DNA of 64,000 bases from Zancudomyces culisetae HAW-14-8 (GCA_052426225.1 JBNJNM010000011.1:1426001-1490000); one strand, 5' to 3'; shown: positions 1 through 13,231, counted from the stretch's first letter. The notes: a model not told the origin generated them from the letters alone. Translations and numbers: made by a program.

Positions 1-16
1 GTGGGGGCAAAATAAG

Positions 17-1726
17 CTATGAAAAAGAAAAGGTACAAAGATTATCCAATGTAGCTTTAGTGCTGTTAAACCCGGCACTACATGCTAGGGAGGTACCAAT
101 CCAAGCTCTGTCAGAAGATAAAAAGACAATCCCACTGGAAAGAAGAGGCGTGCCATCAGTCTGCTTGTCTTCGGTAGATTCTTCAGCAAGCTTTGCTGAC
201 TCTGCCAAAGTATTCCAGCCTGGAACCTCGTACAAAGCCGACGAAATGTCAGCCAAAAGTCGCGGTCTAATATTTGGTATGTCTGCAAGGCCTCCGGTGA
301 TAAGTAAGTTTGATGCCATAGTACGTCGCAAATCAACCGGAACAGCTTTAATCGATCTTAAAACAAGCTCGGTTACACCTAATTTATCAACCTCGGGGTC
401 GCCTAAAAACACAACCTCCAATATATGCTCTCTAACCCAACCAGGCAATCTTATTCTAATTGCTTGGCTATTTTCTAGTTCCCACGCGAAATCCAACTCG
501 CTGGCAATCAAAGTTTGAGAATAAAACGACAGCAGCTCCTTGCATACTAAAGGTGAATCAGTTTCCGAGGATTCGCTGGATGTGACCAGGCCTTTTGGTG
601 GTGCAACCGGTGATGCAAATATAAAGTTGTGGATTATGTGGTTGCATAGTTTCTTTGTAACAAAGCTTTTAGGAAGCTTATTGTTGAACCCGCCAACTTC
701 AACGATGCTGTATGCTCCATATTGTGTCAAGACTTTACCAAGATACTCCTCCAGTGCCTTTCCTGCTATTGAGGAGTACTGTGCGTAAACGTACATCGGC
801 CTTCCATCGAATACCTTTAGATATTAATTTTGATTAGCCTCACATAGTGGTGTTTTGGGGTATACAAACATTACTTACCGGAACTACAGATGTTTCCAAA
901 TATCCAATATTTACCACCAATCCCTCCATTTTACCAACCGTTAGTAGCGACATTAATGGCTCTGGAAAAAACTCAACTGATGGAACCTATCATACAAAAA
1001 GAACGGATTAGCATTTTTGCCGTTTATGGATATGACCAGCGTTTCGTGTTTATAAATATAAATGTCTATTTTAAGTTGTATTTACATTGAGCGTTTCAAG
1101 GAGTATATGGATCAGGATTGCTTTAACAGGATTGGGTAAATTACAAGAATCTACAATAACTACACTCCTAGTTCTAGGATCTATAAGCAATTTGCTTCGT
1201 TTTATTTTTTTTAAAAAAGATCAATTATGTTTTAGTCTGATTTTTGCTAAAATTTTGATTTTATGCCTTAAAAATCACGGATTCATAAGAAACACAAAAA
1301 AAAGATAACTCACTTGAGGTATATAAACTGCAGTCTCTCTAATAACATATCATGAACATATTCAAGCTTATTGTCCTCTATGGGTAGCTCGTATAATGTC
1401 TCGTTCTAGTTTATATTTTTTCGTTACAATCCAGAATAGTTCTTTATATTCGATAATGTTTAGGCCTCATTTAGCTATTTCTATAATACGGAGGAGATAA
1501 TAGTTTAAAATAGCCTACAACTTACCATTGTTTCTTTATTCTTACACTCTTCCAGGATCTCGCTCTGCTTTTTCCCATCAAATTCAATTTTGTACGCTGG
1601 GCTGCATGAACCTGAAAAACCAGCTTTTATAAGAGTTGTTCCTATCTGAAAAACAACTCTTTCTACATTCTTATCTATTAGTTGGCGACTTTTGTAGCCA
1701 CTTTTGTATGTTTCTTTTAATTCCAT
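17..1726 (-). CDS. ARP10: Actin-related protein 10 (dynactin Arp10/Arp11-like), 5 exons
   Basis: Hand-spliced exons 1726-1526, 1405-1314, 1194-1086, 986-879, 814-17 with GT..AG ends and consistent phase. Actin-fold motifs: VVFQIGTTLIKAGFSG, KLLIDPRTRSVVIVDS, GLVVNIGYLETSVVPVFDGRP, NLLITGGLADIPN, RAWIGTSL. Confidence 0.85.
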
Positions 1727-2165
1727 AGTGTCCCCCTTGTCTGGTCAAGCAAGCTTGGTTTTCCTATCTTCGTACTTCTATTATAATTTTGTATGTGTGC
1801 CCCTGCATGAATCTATATTTCTCTCCCGTTGGCTCTCAAAATCGCATCGCTTACCGCTAACTATTGTCATCCGCAACCCAAAAAAGCAAAGCGATTTTTA
1901 TTTCATAAAGCTGTTTAATTCCACTTTCTATGAACAACAACATCTTGGGAAGTCAATTGGATGAAATCGAAAAGCTGAAAAAAAAATCGAGCTAGTATTT
2001 GTTTATTTTCTGTAAAGCGAACTGCTAAGTTTAATTATATTATATGCACAATACTAGCTAACTCTAATAAACCCATGTATGTCTCGCGCCATCATAACAT
2101 CTATATACCACATACTCAGTGGTAAATAACTAACAGCCCTATGACCAAGACTAAGGAAAAAAAAG

Positions 2166-3892
2166 CTATCTGTGACTCAATATATCCAATAGCTGCTTTG
2201 GTAGTTTAGGGATGAAGCTAGATTCGGCCCAGTCGGGTATCTCGGTTTCAAAACTCCAATTATGCCCAGAATAACTCATGGCATGAAGCCAAATACCCAA
2301 ATCACTGATGGCTGGATCAGGATATTCTATTTGATGACATTCGGGGCAAAACGTGGTGGTTGGCTGGTTATTCGTTTTTGTATCTAAATCTGAACTACTT
2401 TCACCAACATGACCGGTATCTCGTATGTTCTCATTATCAGTAGCACTATTCAACCCAGCTGTTCCATCCATCGAACCCGCCCTTATTTCATTAAGCAACC
2501 GATCGATCAACGGCTGTAGTAGGTCCGAATTGGTATTAGCCTGTTGCTTTGACAAATCTACAATGTCATGACCACCCACGTCGAATTTTAGCTCTCCAGG
2601 ATCAACGTGTTCCAGTTTTTTTTCATCTACTTGTTCTGGAAGCTGTCCCAGGTATCCGAGCTTGGCCCCCCATATATTCGGATTGCAGTACAACGGGTCA
2701 TTTACTATGGGAAATCCAAGATATTGGAGATGAACACGGATTTGATGTGTCCTTCCTGTCTTTGGTCGGCCTATTCGAGTTACCGATTGTTATTAAACTT
2801 TATAGTTTACGAAATATATAAAATAGTACAAAGATTGCTATTGTATCCGGCTTGCATGGGCATCAATAAAAAGAAGTTTTTTTATGCTTACATATAACAA
2901 CGCTCGTATGCTCGTCGGAGAAAATCTTTTCGAATTCTGTCAAACTTTCTTTCCCACCTTCGATATCTACACAATTAAGACCAAGCTTATGTGCCACTGT
3001 TCTAATAGGTTTATCACATATCACTACTCCCTCTGGAAATGTACCTAAAACCCTGCATATATATTTCTTTTGTACTTTTCGAGCAGACATTTCTTGTTCA
3101 AGCTTTCTGGCATTTTCAGCATCGGTACCAAGTATCATCAATCCTGAAACCATACGATCTAGCCTATTTCCTAAATATATTTTGTCAACACCAAGCTTGT
3201 TTGCCATAATTTCGACCACAGTATTGTATCTATATCTGCCGCTAGGATGAACTGTAATTCCCGCGGGTTTATCGATAGCAATATACCCATTAGCTCTACC
3301 AACTATTCTAATATCCTTAGCTACTATTGGAGGTTCGTGCCTGTGAATGTAATGCGTAATTTTATCCCCATTTTTTATAATTCGATTTAGCTCGACAATT
3401 TGATCGTTGATTTTAATCAAGCCAGTATTAATTGCATTTTTCTATAGATGTATGTTTTAGAAAGATTCAGTAAGATTCAGTAAGATTCAGTACATATGAG
3501 TAGAACCCCTGGTATTAAAGACTAATTACACCAAGTGTAATAAAAGCAAAAATATGAAAAATGAAAAATGAAGATCCGAAATCGGAAATCGAAAATGTGG
3601 TTACATAATACTCTGCTTCTCGATCCTTAAATTCAGTTTTAAAAACATCGTATACACCTCTTCCAAACCATCGTAGTTTGGCGTTCACAAAGTAAGTAAA
3701 CCAATACGGCTTGACTTTTCGAAGTCCATTCTCAAAATAGTAAACTGGTTTTGATCTCATACACAACGTGTCTTCTGTTTTTGTTTGTCCCGCTTTGTGA
3801 TTTTGTTTCCTCTTTTTTGTACTCCTTTCCTGGATATCAGTAATCTCTTCTGGATGTGACTTTTGCTTATCGTTGGATATTGGAGGGTCCAT
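2166..3892 (-). CDS. RluA-family pseudouridine synthase (RPUSD2/Rib2/Pus9-like), 3 exons, ~480 aa
   Basis: Exons 3892-3605, 3441-2892, 2770-2166. Motifs [33 protein letters not shown], catalytic [10 protein letters not shown], spliced [36 protein letters not shown]. No C-terminal deaminase domain. Confidence 0.92.
3462..3491 (+). repeat. Intronic tandem repeat (AAGATTCAGT)x3
   Basis: Three adjacent 10-bp copies in intron 1 of the pseudouridine synthase gene. Confidence 0.85.
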
Positions 3893-4352
3893 ATCATTTA
3901 CAATCTAAAAGAATCCCAGTGAAGTTGGTATTTTTTTTTAATCTTAAAAGAAGCAAATAAGAACAAGTTGTAACTGATTTGTTTTTTTTTTCTTTTATGA
4001 GTGATCCGGGATTTAACCATTAAAGATTATATAAAAAATTAGTTTGGTGTCACATAAAAAAAATGTCTGAGACATGGCAGATCAATACCTTTTCTTCTGC
4101 AAAATTGCGCTTTAGCAGCACTTTCTCCTCCATCTATTTCATTTTATTTTTTTTTAAAAAAAAATAAAAGCAATTAACGAAAATGTACTGTTAAGGTTTA
4201 CTGAAACTTTAGCAGAATCAAGTATAGAAGATAAGTATCAAATAAATATACTGATAAAACCATATTGATTTAATCCCCCCCCTCAAAACAAATAAAAGAC
4301 ATAACTATTGGTACCAAAAAGAAAAAAAAGCTAGTAAGAAAGTACGAAAAAA

Positions 4353-5680
4353 TTATTGGCTATCTAGAGGCTTTCTAGCGACAACAAGAAACATGGGTGT
4401 GAAAATATTATGCTTTCCACCAGCAACGCAGGAATCGGAGGCCTCAAGTAAGATCTCATTAGTATCGTAGATGGCTTTTGGTATGATACGTAATAACCCA
4501 AAAAGTGCAAGCATTCCGGATGAGATTTTTCTTCCTACAACGGATTTGATGAATGCTCTTAAAGATTTGAAACTAATAAAGTCTTGGAAGAGGTCAGAAT
4601 ACCACGGCATTTCATTTCCAGGGCCGGTGATGGCAAGGTCCTCGGAGTATACCAATTCAAAACCGGCCTTTTCTATAGCACTAAGACACTCTTTAGTAGA
4701 GAAGAGCTTTGGAAGACTGTTACCATACTCGATTCCTGAAATTACTTCAGCATGCTTGGGGTTGGAGGGATCATAAGTATCAGTGGTACACCACTCGTAA
4801 ATGGCAGCTCTACCGCCTGGCTTCAGAACATTGTATATCTGTTTGTATACACCCACCAGATCAGGTGCATGACATGTTGCTTCTATGGCATATACCTATC
4901 AGTTAAAAGTAGAAAAAGCATTATTTGAAGTGGGTACTGCAAAACTGTATTACTTGGTATGGTTGAAAACTTATAAATATGACTTACAGCGTCAAAAGAA
5001 TTGTGTTCAAATGGCATATTCATGAAATCGCCTTTTACAAATTTGGTGTTTTCTGATAGCCCAAGTTTTGCGCTGTTTTTTGTCGCCTTTTCGAGTTGGT
5101 AGTCGTTGTTGTTTATACCTGTAACATGGGCTCCTGTGAGCTTGACGCATTGTCTTGCTGGTCCACCAACACCACACCCAACATCAAGAACCTTATCACC
5201 TTTTTCAATTCTGGCCTTTGAAAACAACAAATGTTCATGTCTATCGATACTCTCGTCGAATGTCTCTGTTTCGCTTCGTCTTGCAAAATGGAAGGATTGG
5301 CCCCAGCCATACTACAAATTTAATTGAATTGTGTTATGTTGGATGTTATATACACTAGAAATCATGTGATATACATTCTATCCCACAAGAGTTGATGAAT
5401 AAGTAAATCATTTTACCTCATAAAAGTCTGTTACAAGGTTATAAAAGGTATTTGTCATAACCTTATATTTGTCGCTTCTTTTATCAACGGTTTTCCCCCT
5501 ATCATTACCCCAAAAGTTTTCATAGGTGTTGTAAGAGGAATCAAAGACCTCACGGTTCTTTTTGGCCATTGTTTTTACACTCTCGAAAGGAGAATTTGGA
5601 ATAACGACATCGGCACCATGTAACAGAGTCGATGTTTCAGGAGTAGGGTCCAGAATTTCGTCTTGGTGTGCTCTAGGCAT
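4353..5680 (-). CDS. ERG6: Sterol 24-C-methyltransferase, 3 exons, ~376 aa
   Basis: Exons 5680-5417, 5311-4988, 4895-4353. Motifs FYNLVTDFYE|YGWGQSFHFARR, VLDVGCGVGGPAR, GINNNDYQ, YAIEATCHAP, LKPGG..YEW, FTPMFLVVARKP. Confidence 0.95.
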
Positions 5681-7000
5681 TTTGTCTTAGCACTTTTTTT
5701 TTGCTTGTTATTTTTTTCGTTTTGTTTTTTAACTTAACAAACTATATGAGTAATATTCCAATTATGGACCAATTTTTAATACAGTGATGAAAGCAAATTG
5801 AAAGATGTAGTGCTTAAATAACTTTTTAACGGCCTCGCTATTGTGCAATCTCCGGGTCTCTAACTTGACATCAAAAATAAAACTTGCGGAAAATTTTTTT
5901 CTGTGGTTACTATTGATTATCGCCATTTTATTGGCCTGCTTTTGTTTTGGTTAACTTTTACAGCCCACCAACACGGTTAATAATTTTTACAAATTTCTGA
6001 AATCTGATGAACACCTCAAAACCCCCAAACTTTATAATACCCATTTGTTTACCATTACTAAAACATATGGAGCAAAAAATAGGCTTTCCAATTCAAATAG
6101 GTATTAACGACTCATGGGGTCCTGCAATCTTTATTTTTTTATTCCTTGTCATACGCACCCAGGGGCATCTGCGTTTTTTTTTGTACAGAACGTCTTGGTA
6201 TCTTTTCATTATTAGTCGAGGAGAGAAGGGAGTGTAAAAGATTAGCTAAACCATCTACAGTACATTTTTAATGTGTACCTTGCGTTGAAATTGCTAGAGG
6301 ATATTTGGTAAAAAATAATAAGCCGAAGTAATTTAGGAATGGTTTTTCAAATTGGGCATAGCCACGAGTTGTTCAAAACCCATGCTTTATGTTTTTATTT
6401 TTTCAGACAGATTATTCTCCAGGAACATTATGCATGTGAAAAAAAAAACAGAAATATTTCAAGAGTGCAATCTCTTCTCTACCTTGCTATTTAGTGTAGC
6501 TCCAATAGCATTATTAACAGACAAAATTTCAAATAATATTAAATAAAAGCACAATAAAGGGCCAATAAACAGCGATAAATCGACCTTGTTCGCTTTTCAA
6601 TGATCAATGTGAATGAATAACATTTCTGGCATTCCTTTATAAAATCGCTGTTAAAAATCTTCAGATCCATCGGGTTTCCCATTACATCTTTCTTCCATCC
6701 CTATCGTTTTGTAGCATTAAAAAAGGGTTTGTCTGATGATTTCAAGCAAGGAAATTTCATTCCAGCATTATAAAATCCCGAGCTAAAAGGTATGTACTAC
6801 GATCTAAAATACCCAGCCATCTTGCCTAATTTTTCATTAATGGGTTTGCTTTATTTTCAACTGAAGCACTACTGTGTATTGTTGATACAATATGACTATT
6901 ATGAATACTGCCTAAATGTTATGTTTAGGTACAATACTTAATAAGGAGAACGAGTAAACTGCATTTTATTTTCATAATTCTTAATTATCGTCAATAAAAT

Positions 7001-7120
7001 TTGTGGATATTTAGTATTGTCATAGATATAATGGCTTTGCAGCACGCAAATTACCAAACGTTCAAGCTATACGCGGATGATCTAGTCGGAATATATATGA
7101 TGCGGCGAATCTATTGGTAG
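7001..7120 (+). mobile_element. Possible short relic of a non-LTR retroelement reverse transcriptase
   Basis: The frame from 7001 reads LWIFSIVIDIMALQHANYQTFKLYADDLVGIY, resembling RT 'LF.I.ID.L ... LYADD'; bounded by stops. Confidence 0.25.
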
Positions 7121-9904
7121 AATATCGTTATTTGTGGAACTGCCAATCAGCTTTCATTAGCAAATCCTTATTGTAGGTCGTATCTTCTAGGAGTTACAAG
7201 CACCACCCTATTTTATCAAACAAGCAAGATTAAACTAGTTTAATTAAATCAATTAAACTGGACTTTGTTGAACTGAATTGGGTCAGAGATAAAAAAAAAA
7301 CAAACACTTTTGACATTAACTCAACTTCTAAAATCAACAGTAATATACCAAGACCAAAAAAAAGCAGATATATTAACGGCTACTTTGAATGTACTTTATA
7401 CCGTGCAAGCCCCCCTACTAAAAACTAATATTTCTGAACAGATATCTTTTACATTTCTTGAACTTGTATTCTCAAGTTTTAATGCTGTTTGTTTTATTGA
7501 ATCTGCACTAGTTACAATTACCATGAACTGTGAATGGCAATTACGACAATAATCACACTTTAAAATGAAAGCACTTCCCAGTTTATCATTTTTATACGTA
7601 TTTTTCTTTGCGATTTTTAAACCTCATAATCTTTTCACAATCCAATCAGGATTTATGACAGAAAAGGAGTGGCATAGGGCTAAGCACTCAAGCACAGTTG
7701 AAAGTGAAACACAGCAGGCTACTATAGTTGCCTGCGCGTACCAATATGTTGTTTGCTCCGCTCAAATCATAAACGGCTTGGTAAAGCTGTAAATGATAAC
7801 ACTGAACCTGTGAAAGAGTAGCTAATATTATTACGAGAAAAATGTCATTAAATTCAGTTATGGAGACATATAATCGATTCCCACAAAGATATTTCAAAAG
7901 ATGCACACTGGCTTCCCTATTCAACAGTGGGATTCATGCCACACTTCTATAATAATTAAAAAAAAGTAAATATGAGAGAGTGTTCTATGCTATACTTCCA
8001 GGTACAACGATGTCATTTATTAATCTTTCCCCCTCTTCCATCTAGTCTACCTCGTGCAAGAAATTGATAAAGATCATTTAGTTTTATTAAACAGTCGTTT
8101 CTCAGTAACATCAAAACCCAAAGATACAAAAACCAATGATATAGCCATCATCATTATGCTGGGAAGTGCTAGGCGGTACTAATTAACCTCTCCATGCGTT
8201 TTTTTTTGTGATTTTTGGAAATGAATGATGAATTTCACCGTAAAATGGTCAGGTGGTGCATTAATTAGACCCTTAAAAAAATGGTGGAAGAAATTCTTTC
8301 AAAAACAGGATCTGCGCTCGCTTTTGTGATATTTAAAATCTATGCATGCAAATAGAAACCAATGATGATAAAACAGAAACGACACACATGGTTTATTATG
8401 ATAGTTTATGTCACACTATCAATAAGCAAATATTTCTAGAAAGTATAATAGTTATTCGAAGCCTTTTCCTTGACAAAACATATTATATAGGTAACATTTC
8501 GTTATGGGTAACCACAAAATACTTATAAATACCCAAGGATGGAATGAAGGCTGCATGAAATGGTATCCTCAGGTGTATTCGATAGTAAATAAAATACATA
8601 TCCAACTTTTGCACAATTGTGTGGCTTCTTTTCTCTAAAAAATAAAGTATGATAAAAATAAGTACTAAGTGTGACTATGACAAAATCTGTGGAAAATAAC
8701 ATAAAATAGGTGATAAACACTAATAAGTAAGGGGTTGTTGTGGACACAAACCATTGTATTTTTATCGTTACTTGTTGTCTATGTTCAAGTTAAGATGATG
8801 TTGAAGTATAATAATCATGACTCTAACACAATGTTGTAAGACCGTGGCTGTATATGTCAGTTGGGACCAAAGGGTTATTTTGTACTCCTGCTACTCAACA
8901 GGAAATGCTGGTGTTGATGTTTATTTGCATTCTCTAGTTCCAAGTCAAGCTTTCAAGTTTCCAAACTCTTTCCTTTTAATTGACTTTTTCTCAAAATTAT
9001 AATTAGTTCACTCTCTAATAATACAAACAATGGTACTAGTGAATAAACGTGGTCAACGGGTTCCTGAACAAGCCTATAAAAAGTGATACTTTGTTCATCA
9101 CATGAGAATGAAAAGACATAATTGGTGCGGTTTACTCACGCAATTGCGGCATTTTTGAGTCATAGAAGATTTTTGGCGTTTTAAAGGAACTTTGGTTTTA
9201 CCCGTTATCAAGTTAGTTTTTACAGTTTCTACCAGTCCACTGTAATAAAAAGGTAATGATGGTGACAGTGTAGTGTACTGAAACTGGGCAGTAGCTGAGT
9301 AGTAAAGAAATCATGCCGAATATAAGACTAAATGATTGAATACCTTGTGTACTTTTATTTTTGTTTGAGTATACTACAGAAAATCGTACATGATACCATA
9401 ACCATAGCTATAGCCAAACACAGGTTACAGGGAAAGAAACAACTCAGATTTTTCAGTTAAAATACCCACCACCAAAAACCATGCAGTGTAGAATACTGTC
9501 TTGTAGGTTTACCTCCAATCCCAACTCAAACACAATTACAAATACCAATCCAATAGCTAATTTTGCCTAAAGAAAAGACCCGAGGGTTCAAGTCTGCAAA
9601 TCCTGACTGCAAAATTGGTTTATTCACAAATGTTCACGGGTGCAAAAGTATGAGCCCAACATAAAATTTTATCACTTTCTGCGATTTTTACGACGTTTTA
9701 GAACTGCAAAAGTCGTTTTAGTTTATAAAAAAAAAATCCCAACCAGTAACGGTTGATACCAAATGATTGTAAGCCAATTTAAAAAAACTAAAAATAAAAG
9801 TCAAAGTGCTAAACTAGAAATATAAATAAGCTGTAAAACAAAAGGAAGAATAATAGCGGCGATAGGCAATCGGAGAATCAAAACGCTAAAAAAACAAGGA
9901 GGGT

Positions 9905-12900
9905 ATGAACAAGCGAAATGAACCAAAGGTACATAAACCACCTACAGAGCTGACGAAAATGTCAAAAATGATTAGTATAAAAGATGAGGATCGCTATGTT
10001 AAAGATAAAATCGTCGGAAGAGGTGCTTATGGGATTGTGTATAAAGGATATGACAAGCTAACGTACAAAGTCGTTGCGATCAAGATTATGAATTTAGAAA
10101 AAAACAACCAGAGTCTGATTGATATGCAGCGAGAAATATCACTGTTATCACAAGCAAGTTCGCCATACATCACAAAATATATAAGGAGTTTTGTAAATAA
10201 TAGGAAATTGTGGGTATTGATGGAGTATGCGGGTGGCGGTAGCGTAAATAGGCTGCGAAAGGCAGGGCCCATAGAGGAAGTATATATTGGAGTAATACTA
10301 CATGGAGTGCTACAGGGTTTAAACTACCTCCATCTGTCAAGGATAATGCATCGTGATGTAAAGGCTGCAAATGTATTGATAACTGACCAAGGGACGGTAC
10401 AGGTTTGTGATTTTGGAGTTGCGAGGCAGATTTTTACGACGGACATAAATGGAAGGGCGTATTCATTTGTAGGAACTCCATATTGGATGGCACCCGAGGT
10501 TGTAAAACCCGAGAGGGAGTATGGTATGAAGGCGGATATATGGTCGCTGGGAATAACGGCGTATGAAATAGTAATGGGTCTTCCACCATATGCTGATTTG
10601 GATGTAAAGGCGGCATTGAACAGAATATTGGAGTTTGAACCGCCTTCGATACCATCGGATGCAGCTAGCAAAGAACTTATAAATTTTGTCAAGTTATGCC
10701 TGACTGTAGACCCGATAAAAAGGCCTGGCTCGGTAAAACTCTTAGCCGAAAACAAATTTATAAAAACGGCGGCCAACAATAAGGCACATGTTGATTTGAA
10801 GGTGCTGATACAAAGATACGAAAAATGGGCCAAAGAAAATGGTGATGATGAAAACGAAGAGTATATAAATGGGAGGGAGGAATCTTCGGAGGATGAGGAA
10901 GTGGGGAATGATATATGGAATTTTGACAATTTTTCGCTTTATGAATTGGAAAGTGATAATGAAAAGGATCAGCAGATTTATTCAGAGGATAGAGGGGGAA
11001 GAGATAGGAGTAGCGATTTTAACTGTTACGGGCGAGCTGAGTATAACATTAGTAATGAAGAGGATGCAGTCTCTGGCGACGACACAAACATGGAGGAAGG
11101 TAGCAAGGATTTTACCAAAGTAAAAGGATTTTTTGACGAGTTTTTTAAAACACCAACAATTGAAAAAAAATCAATGGAGATAAAAGCTGGGTCGGACGAC
11201 CAGCGAGATGGGTGCTCAGAAGAAAGTGTAGAGATAGAATTTGAAAATATAGCCCAACTTAAGCGGTCATTTTCAGAAAATGGTCCAAAGAAGAAAACAA
11301 CAAGAGGGAAAGCTAACAGATGGGTTACTAACCTCTATAAGGGAAACTCATCCGACTCTGATATCTCTGTATTTCTTGGGGGGCAGGAAGCAAAATCCCA
11401 CAAGCTCAAAACTGTTGCAGAACACATGAAAAACAAGCTAATATCAATGGCTACTGATGGAGGGTTTAGTTTTAAAGTAAAGGAGCTAAAAAGGCAGAAA
11501 TCGACCAAAACCACTCATACCGCTTCGGACAACAGGGCTTCAAACTTTAATCACAAGTATGCTGCATTTTTACCAGGGATGAAGCCGGAGAAGCTGAATA
11601 GAGCCGTAAGCAAGAAACTATCAATAAACAATCCTAAAGAAAACAGCAAGCTGAGACCGGATAGCGCTGGTGTTTTATTTCCTTCGTTTGTACAGGCGAA
11701 TCAGATTAAATCGTGGGCAGTTACTCCAGCTCAGTCCATGCCAGCACTAAACCAGCATGAACAACTAGTTCCGAGGACCAAAAGGACAGAAACCGAAAAT
11801 ACACACAGAAATATGGGCGAGGGACCACCTGTTCTTTCCATCAATACTTCGAATGCTGTGCCCATGTCAATACCCAAAAGCGGAAGCAAAAAACCCTCTT
11901 TGGGTCTTGGCTTCAAGTCACTTTGGGCGAGTGGTGAACCTGAATACGAAGCCCCGGCTTCGGCCTCTGCCCTAGACTATAACAAGAAGATATCGATACT
12001 CAGCAATGCAAGTTTACACACTAGGCTTTCCACACCCAATCAGGAAAGCTCCAGCCTGGATTCTCCTTTTGCTCTCCAGCTCGGTAGACCCACGAGTAGA
12101 CCGAAAACTCTTGCCGAAAAAGTACACAGACCATCAAAAAGTAATGATATTTGCAATAAACTCGCCACAATTAACACTGTGCATTTCAGTGAACATGAAA
12201 CTGGTAAAAATATTACAACCACTCCAACAACGCGCAGTTTGACTGCAGAACCTAATCCAGCACCCGTGCTCACCGTTTTTGAATCTACCGAATCAATCAA
12301 AAATGCCGACTCCTCTGGCTGGAAACAGAACTCGTCAGGATCAAGCGAGCTTATTCCCGCCTCCCCTCTCAAAAAGCTTCAGGAAGTGTCTGATAAAAGA
12401 TTGTCGGCTTTGAACACAAGCTTGTTGAGTATGAGGAGCTCCAGGTTTAGTATCAAAAGTACAAGTAGCTTCGTTGTAACCAAACATCCTTCTACCTCAT
12501 TTTCTACCTCAAAGGGCACTGGAAAACAGATCCCCTCGAATCTTTCATCTGGGACATCATTAGCTTCCAAGGCCCTAACTTCGTCTTCTTACATTGCGAA
12601 GCCAACACCCAAGGTCGTGAGTTTGAGTGCTGGGAAGGACTCGGCAAGCAATCTTGCTACAGAACCACCCGCTAACTTTTCAATAGACGCACATACTAAC
12701 AGCAAAGACGCTGTTGATTCACCTGGTGAGTATACCAATTCCTCAGACGCCCAGGAAGACTTTGAGGTTAATGCGGGTTTTTCGTCAGAAGAGAATGCTA
12801 GTAGTATCAAAATAGCGAACAGTCGGTCATCCTTTGGTGCATACGCCTCACCCGATTTATTTTATCCCGTTAAGCTTTACGTCCACACAAACGAGAAGCA

Positions 12901-13231
12901 CATTAGCCCAGACTCTATGGCTCCTGTGGATGTATACAATGCAACAGTATTCCAGGCCCAGTTTGATCAACAGAACGATCCAATTGATGATACAAACAAC
13001 TTGGGTCAAAGTATAAGCTCACAGTCCTCTAATCAAGACAGTTTCGAAACAAACAGGAGTGGTGATGCTGAGAAAGACAGGACACCAAACGATTCTTTCC
13101 CTACACCTAATCACCCACACTTCAATTTGACTACCAACAATAGAAACGAGATATTATCGCAAATAGGTTGTATTTCTAGTAATCTTTTAAGCTATATTGC
13201 ATTCATTGATAATGAACTTTCAAAGCTTTAA
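9905..13231 (+). CDS. STE20/GCK-family Ser/Thr kinase, Kic1/Nak1-like, with long low-complexity C-terminus
   Basis: Single 1108-aa ORF with GRGAYGIV, VAIK, HRDVKAAN, DFGVA, FVGTPYWMAPEV, ADIWSLGITAYE. The VCDFGVA and 'REISLLSQ' segments resemble Kic1/Nak1; the tail is Ser-rich. Confidence 0.88.
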   Translation: MNKRNEPKVHKPPTELTKMSKMISIKDEDRYVKDKIVGRGAYGIVYKGYDKLTYKVVAIKIMNLEKNNQSLIDMQREISLLSQASSPYITKYIRSFVNNRKLWVLMEYAGGGSVNRLRKAGPIEEVYIGVILHGVLQGLNYLHLSRIMHRDVKAANVLITDQGTVQVCDFGVARQIFTTDINGRAYSFVGTPYWMAPEVVKPEREYGMKADIWSLGITAYEIVMGLPPYADLDVKAALNRILEFEPPSIPSDAASKELINFVKLCLTVDPIKRPGSVKLLAENKFIKTAANNKAHVDLKVLIQRYEKWAKENGDDENEEYINGREESSEDEEVGNDIWNFDNFSLYELESDNEKDQQIYSEDRGGRDRSSDFNCYGRAEYNISNEEDAVSGDDTNMEEGSKDFTKVKGFFDEFFKTPTIEKKSMEIKAGSDDQRDGCSEESVEIEFENIAQLKRSFSENGPKKKTTRGKANRWVTNLYKGNSSDSDISVFLGGQEAKSHKLKTVAEHMKNKLISMATDGGFSFKVKELKRQKSTKTTHTASDNRASNFNHKYAAFLPGMKPEKLNRAVSKKLSINNPKENSKLRPDSAGVLFPSFVQANQIKSWAVTPAQSMPALNQHEQLVPRTKRTETENTHRNMGEGPPVLSINTSNAVPMSIPKSGSKKPSLGLGFKSLWASGEPEYEAPASASALDYNKKISILSNASLHTRLSTPNQESSSLDSPFALQLGRPTSRPKTLAEKVHRPSKSNDICNKLATINTVHFSEHETGKNITTTPTTRSLTAEPNPAPVLTVFESTESIKNADSSGWKQNSSGSSELIPASPLKKLQEVSDKRLSALNTSLLSMRSSRFSIKSTSSFVVTKHPSTSFSTSKGTGKQIPSNLSSGTSLASKALTSSSYIAKPTPKVVSLSAGKDSASNLATEPPANFSIDAHTNSKDAVDSPGEYTNSSDAQEDFEVNAGFSSEENASSIKIANSRSSFGAYASPDLFYPVKLYVHTNEKHISPDSMAPVDVYNATVFQAQFDQQNDPIDDTNNLGQSISSQSSNQDSFETNRSGDAEKDRTPNDSFPTPNHPHFNLTTNNRNEILSQIGCISSNLLSYIAFIDNELSKL

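Noticed and set aside
7027-7177. Frame with a single in-frame TGA (…VQAIRG*SSRNIYDAANLL…) as a possible selenoprotein exon
   Set aside because: No CxxU/UxxC or known selenoprotein context, and no convincing SECIS seen downstream.
7310-7792. Two same-frame ORFs separated by one TAA
   Set aside because: No recognisable motifs or splice structure; cannot be distinguished from chance or decayed DNA.
8532-8565. QGWNEGCMKW resembling FKBP 'KGWDEGV..M'
   Set aside because: No flanking FKBP motifs in any frame or nearby exon.
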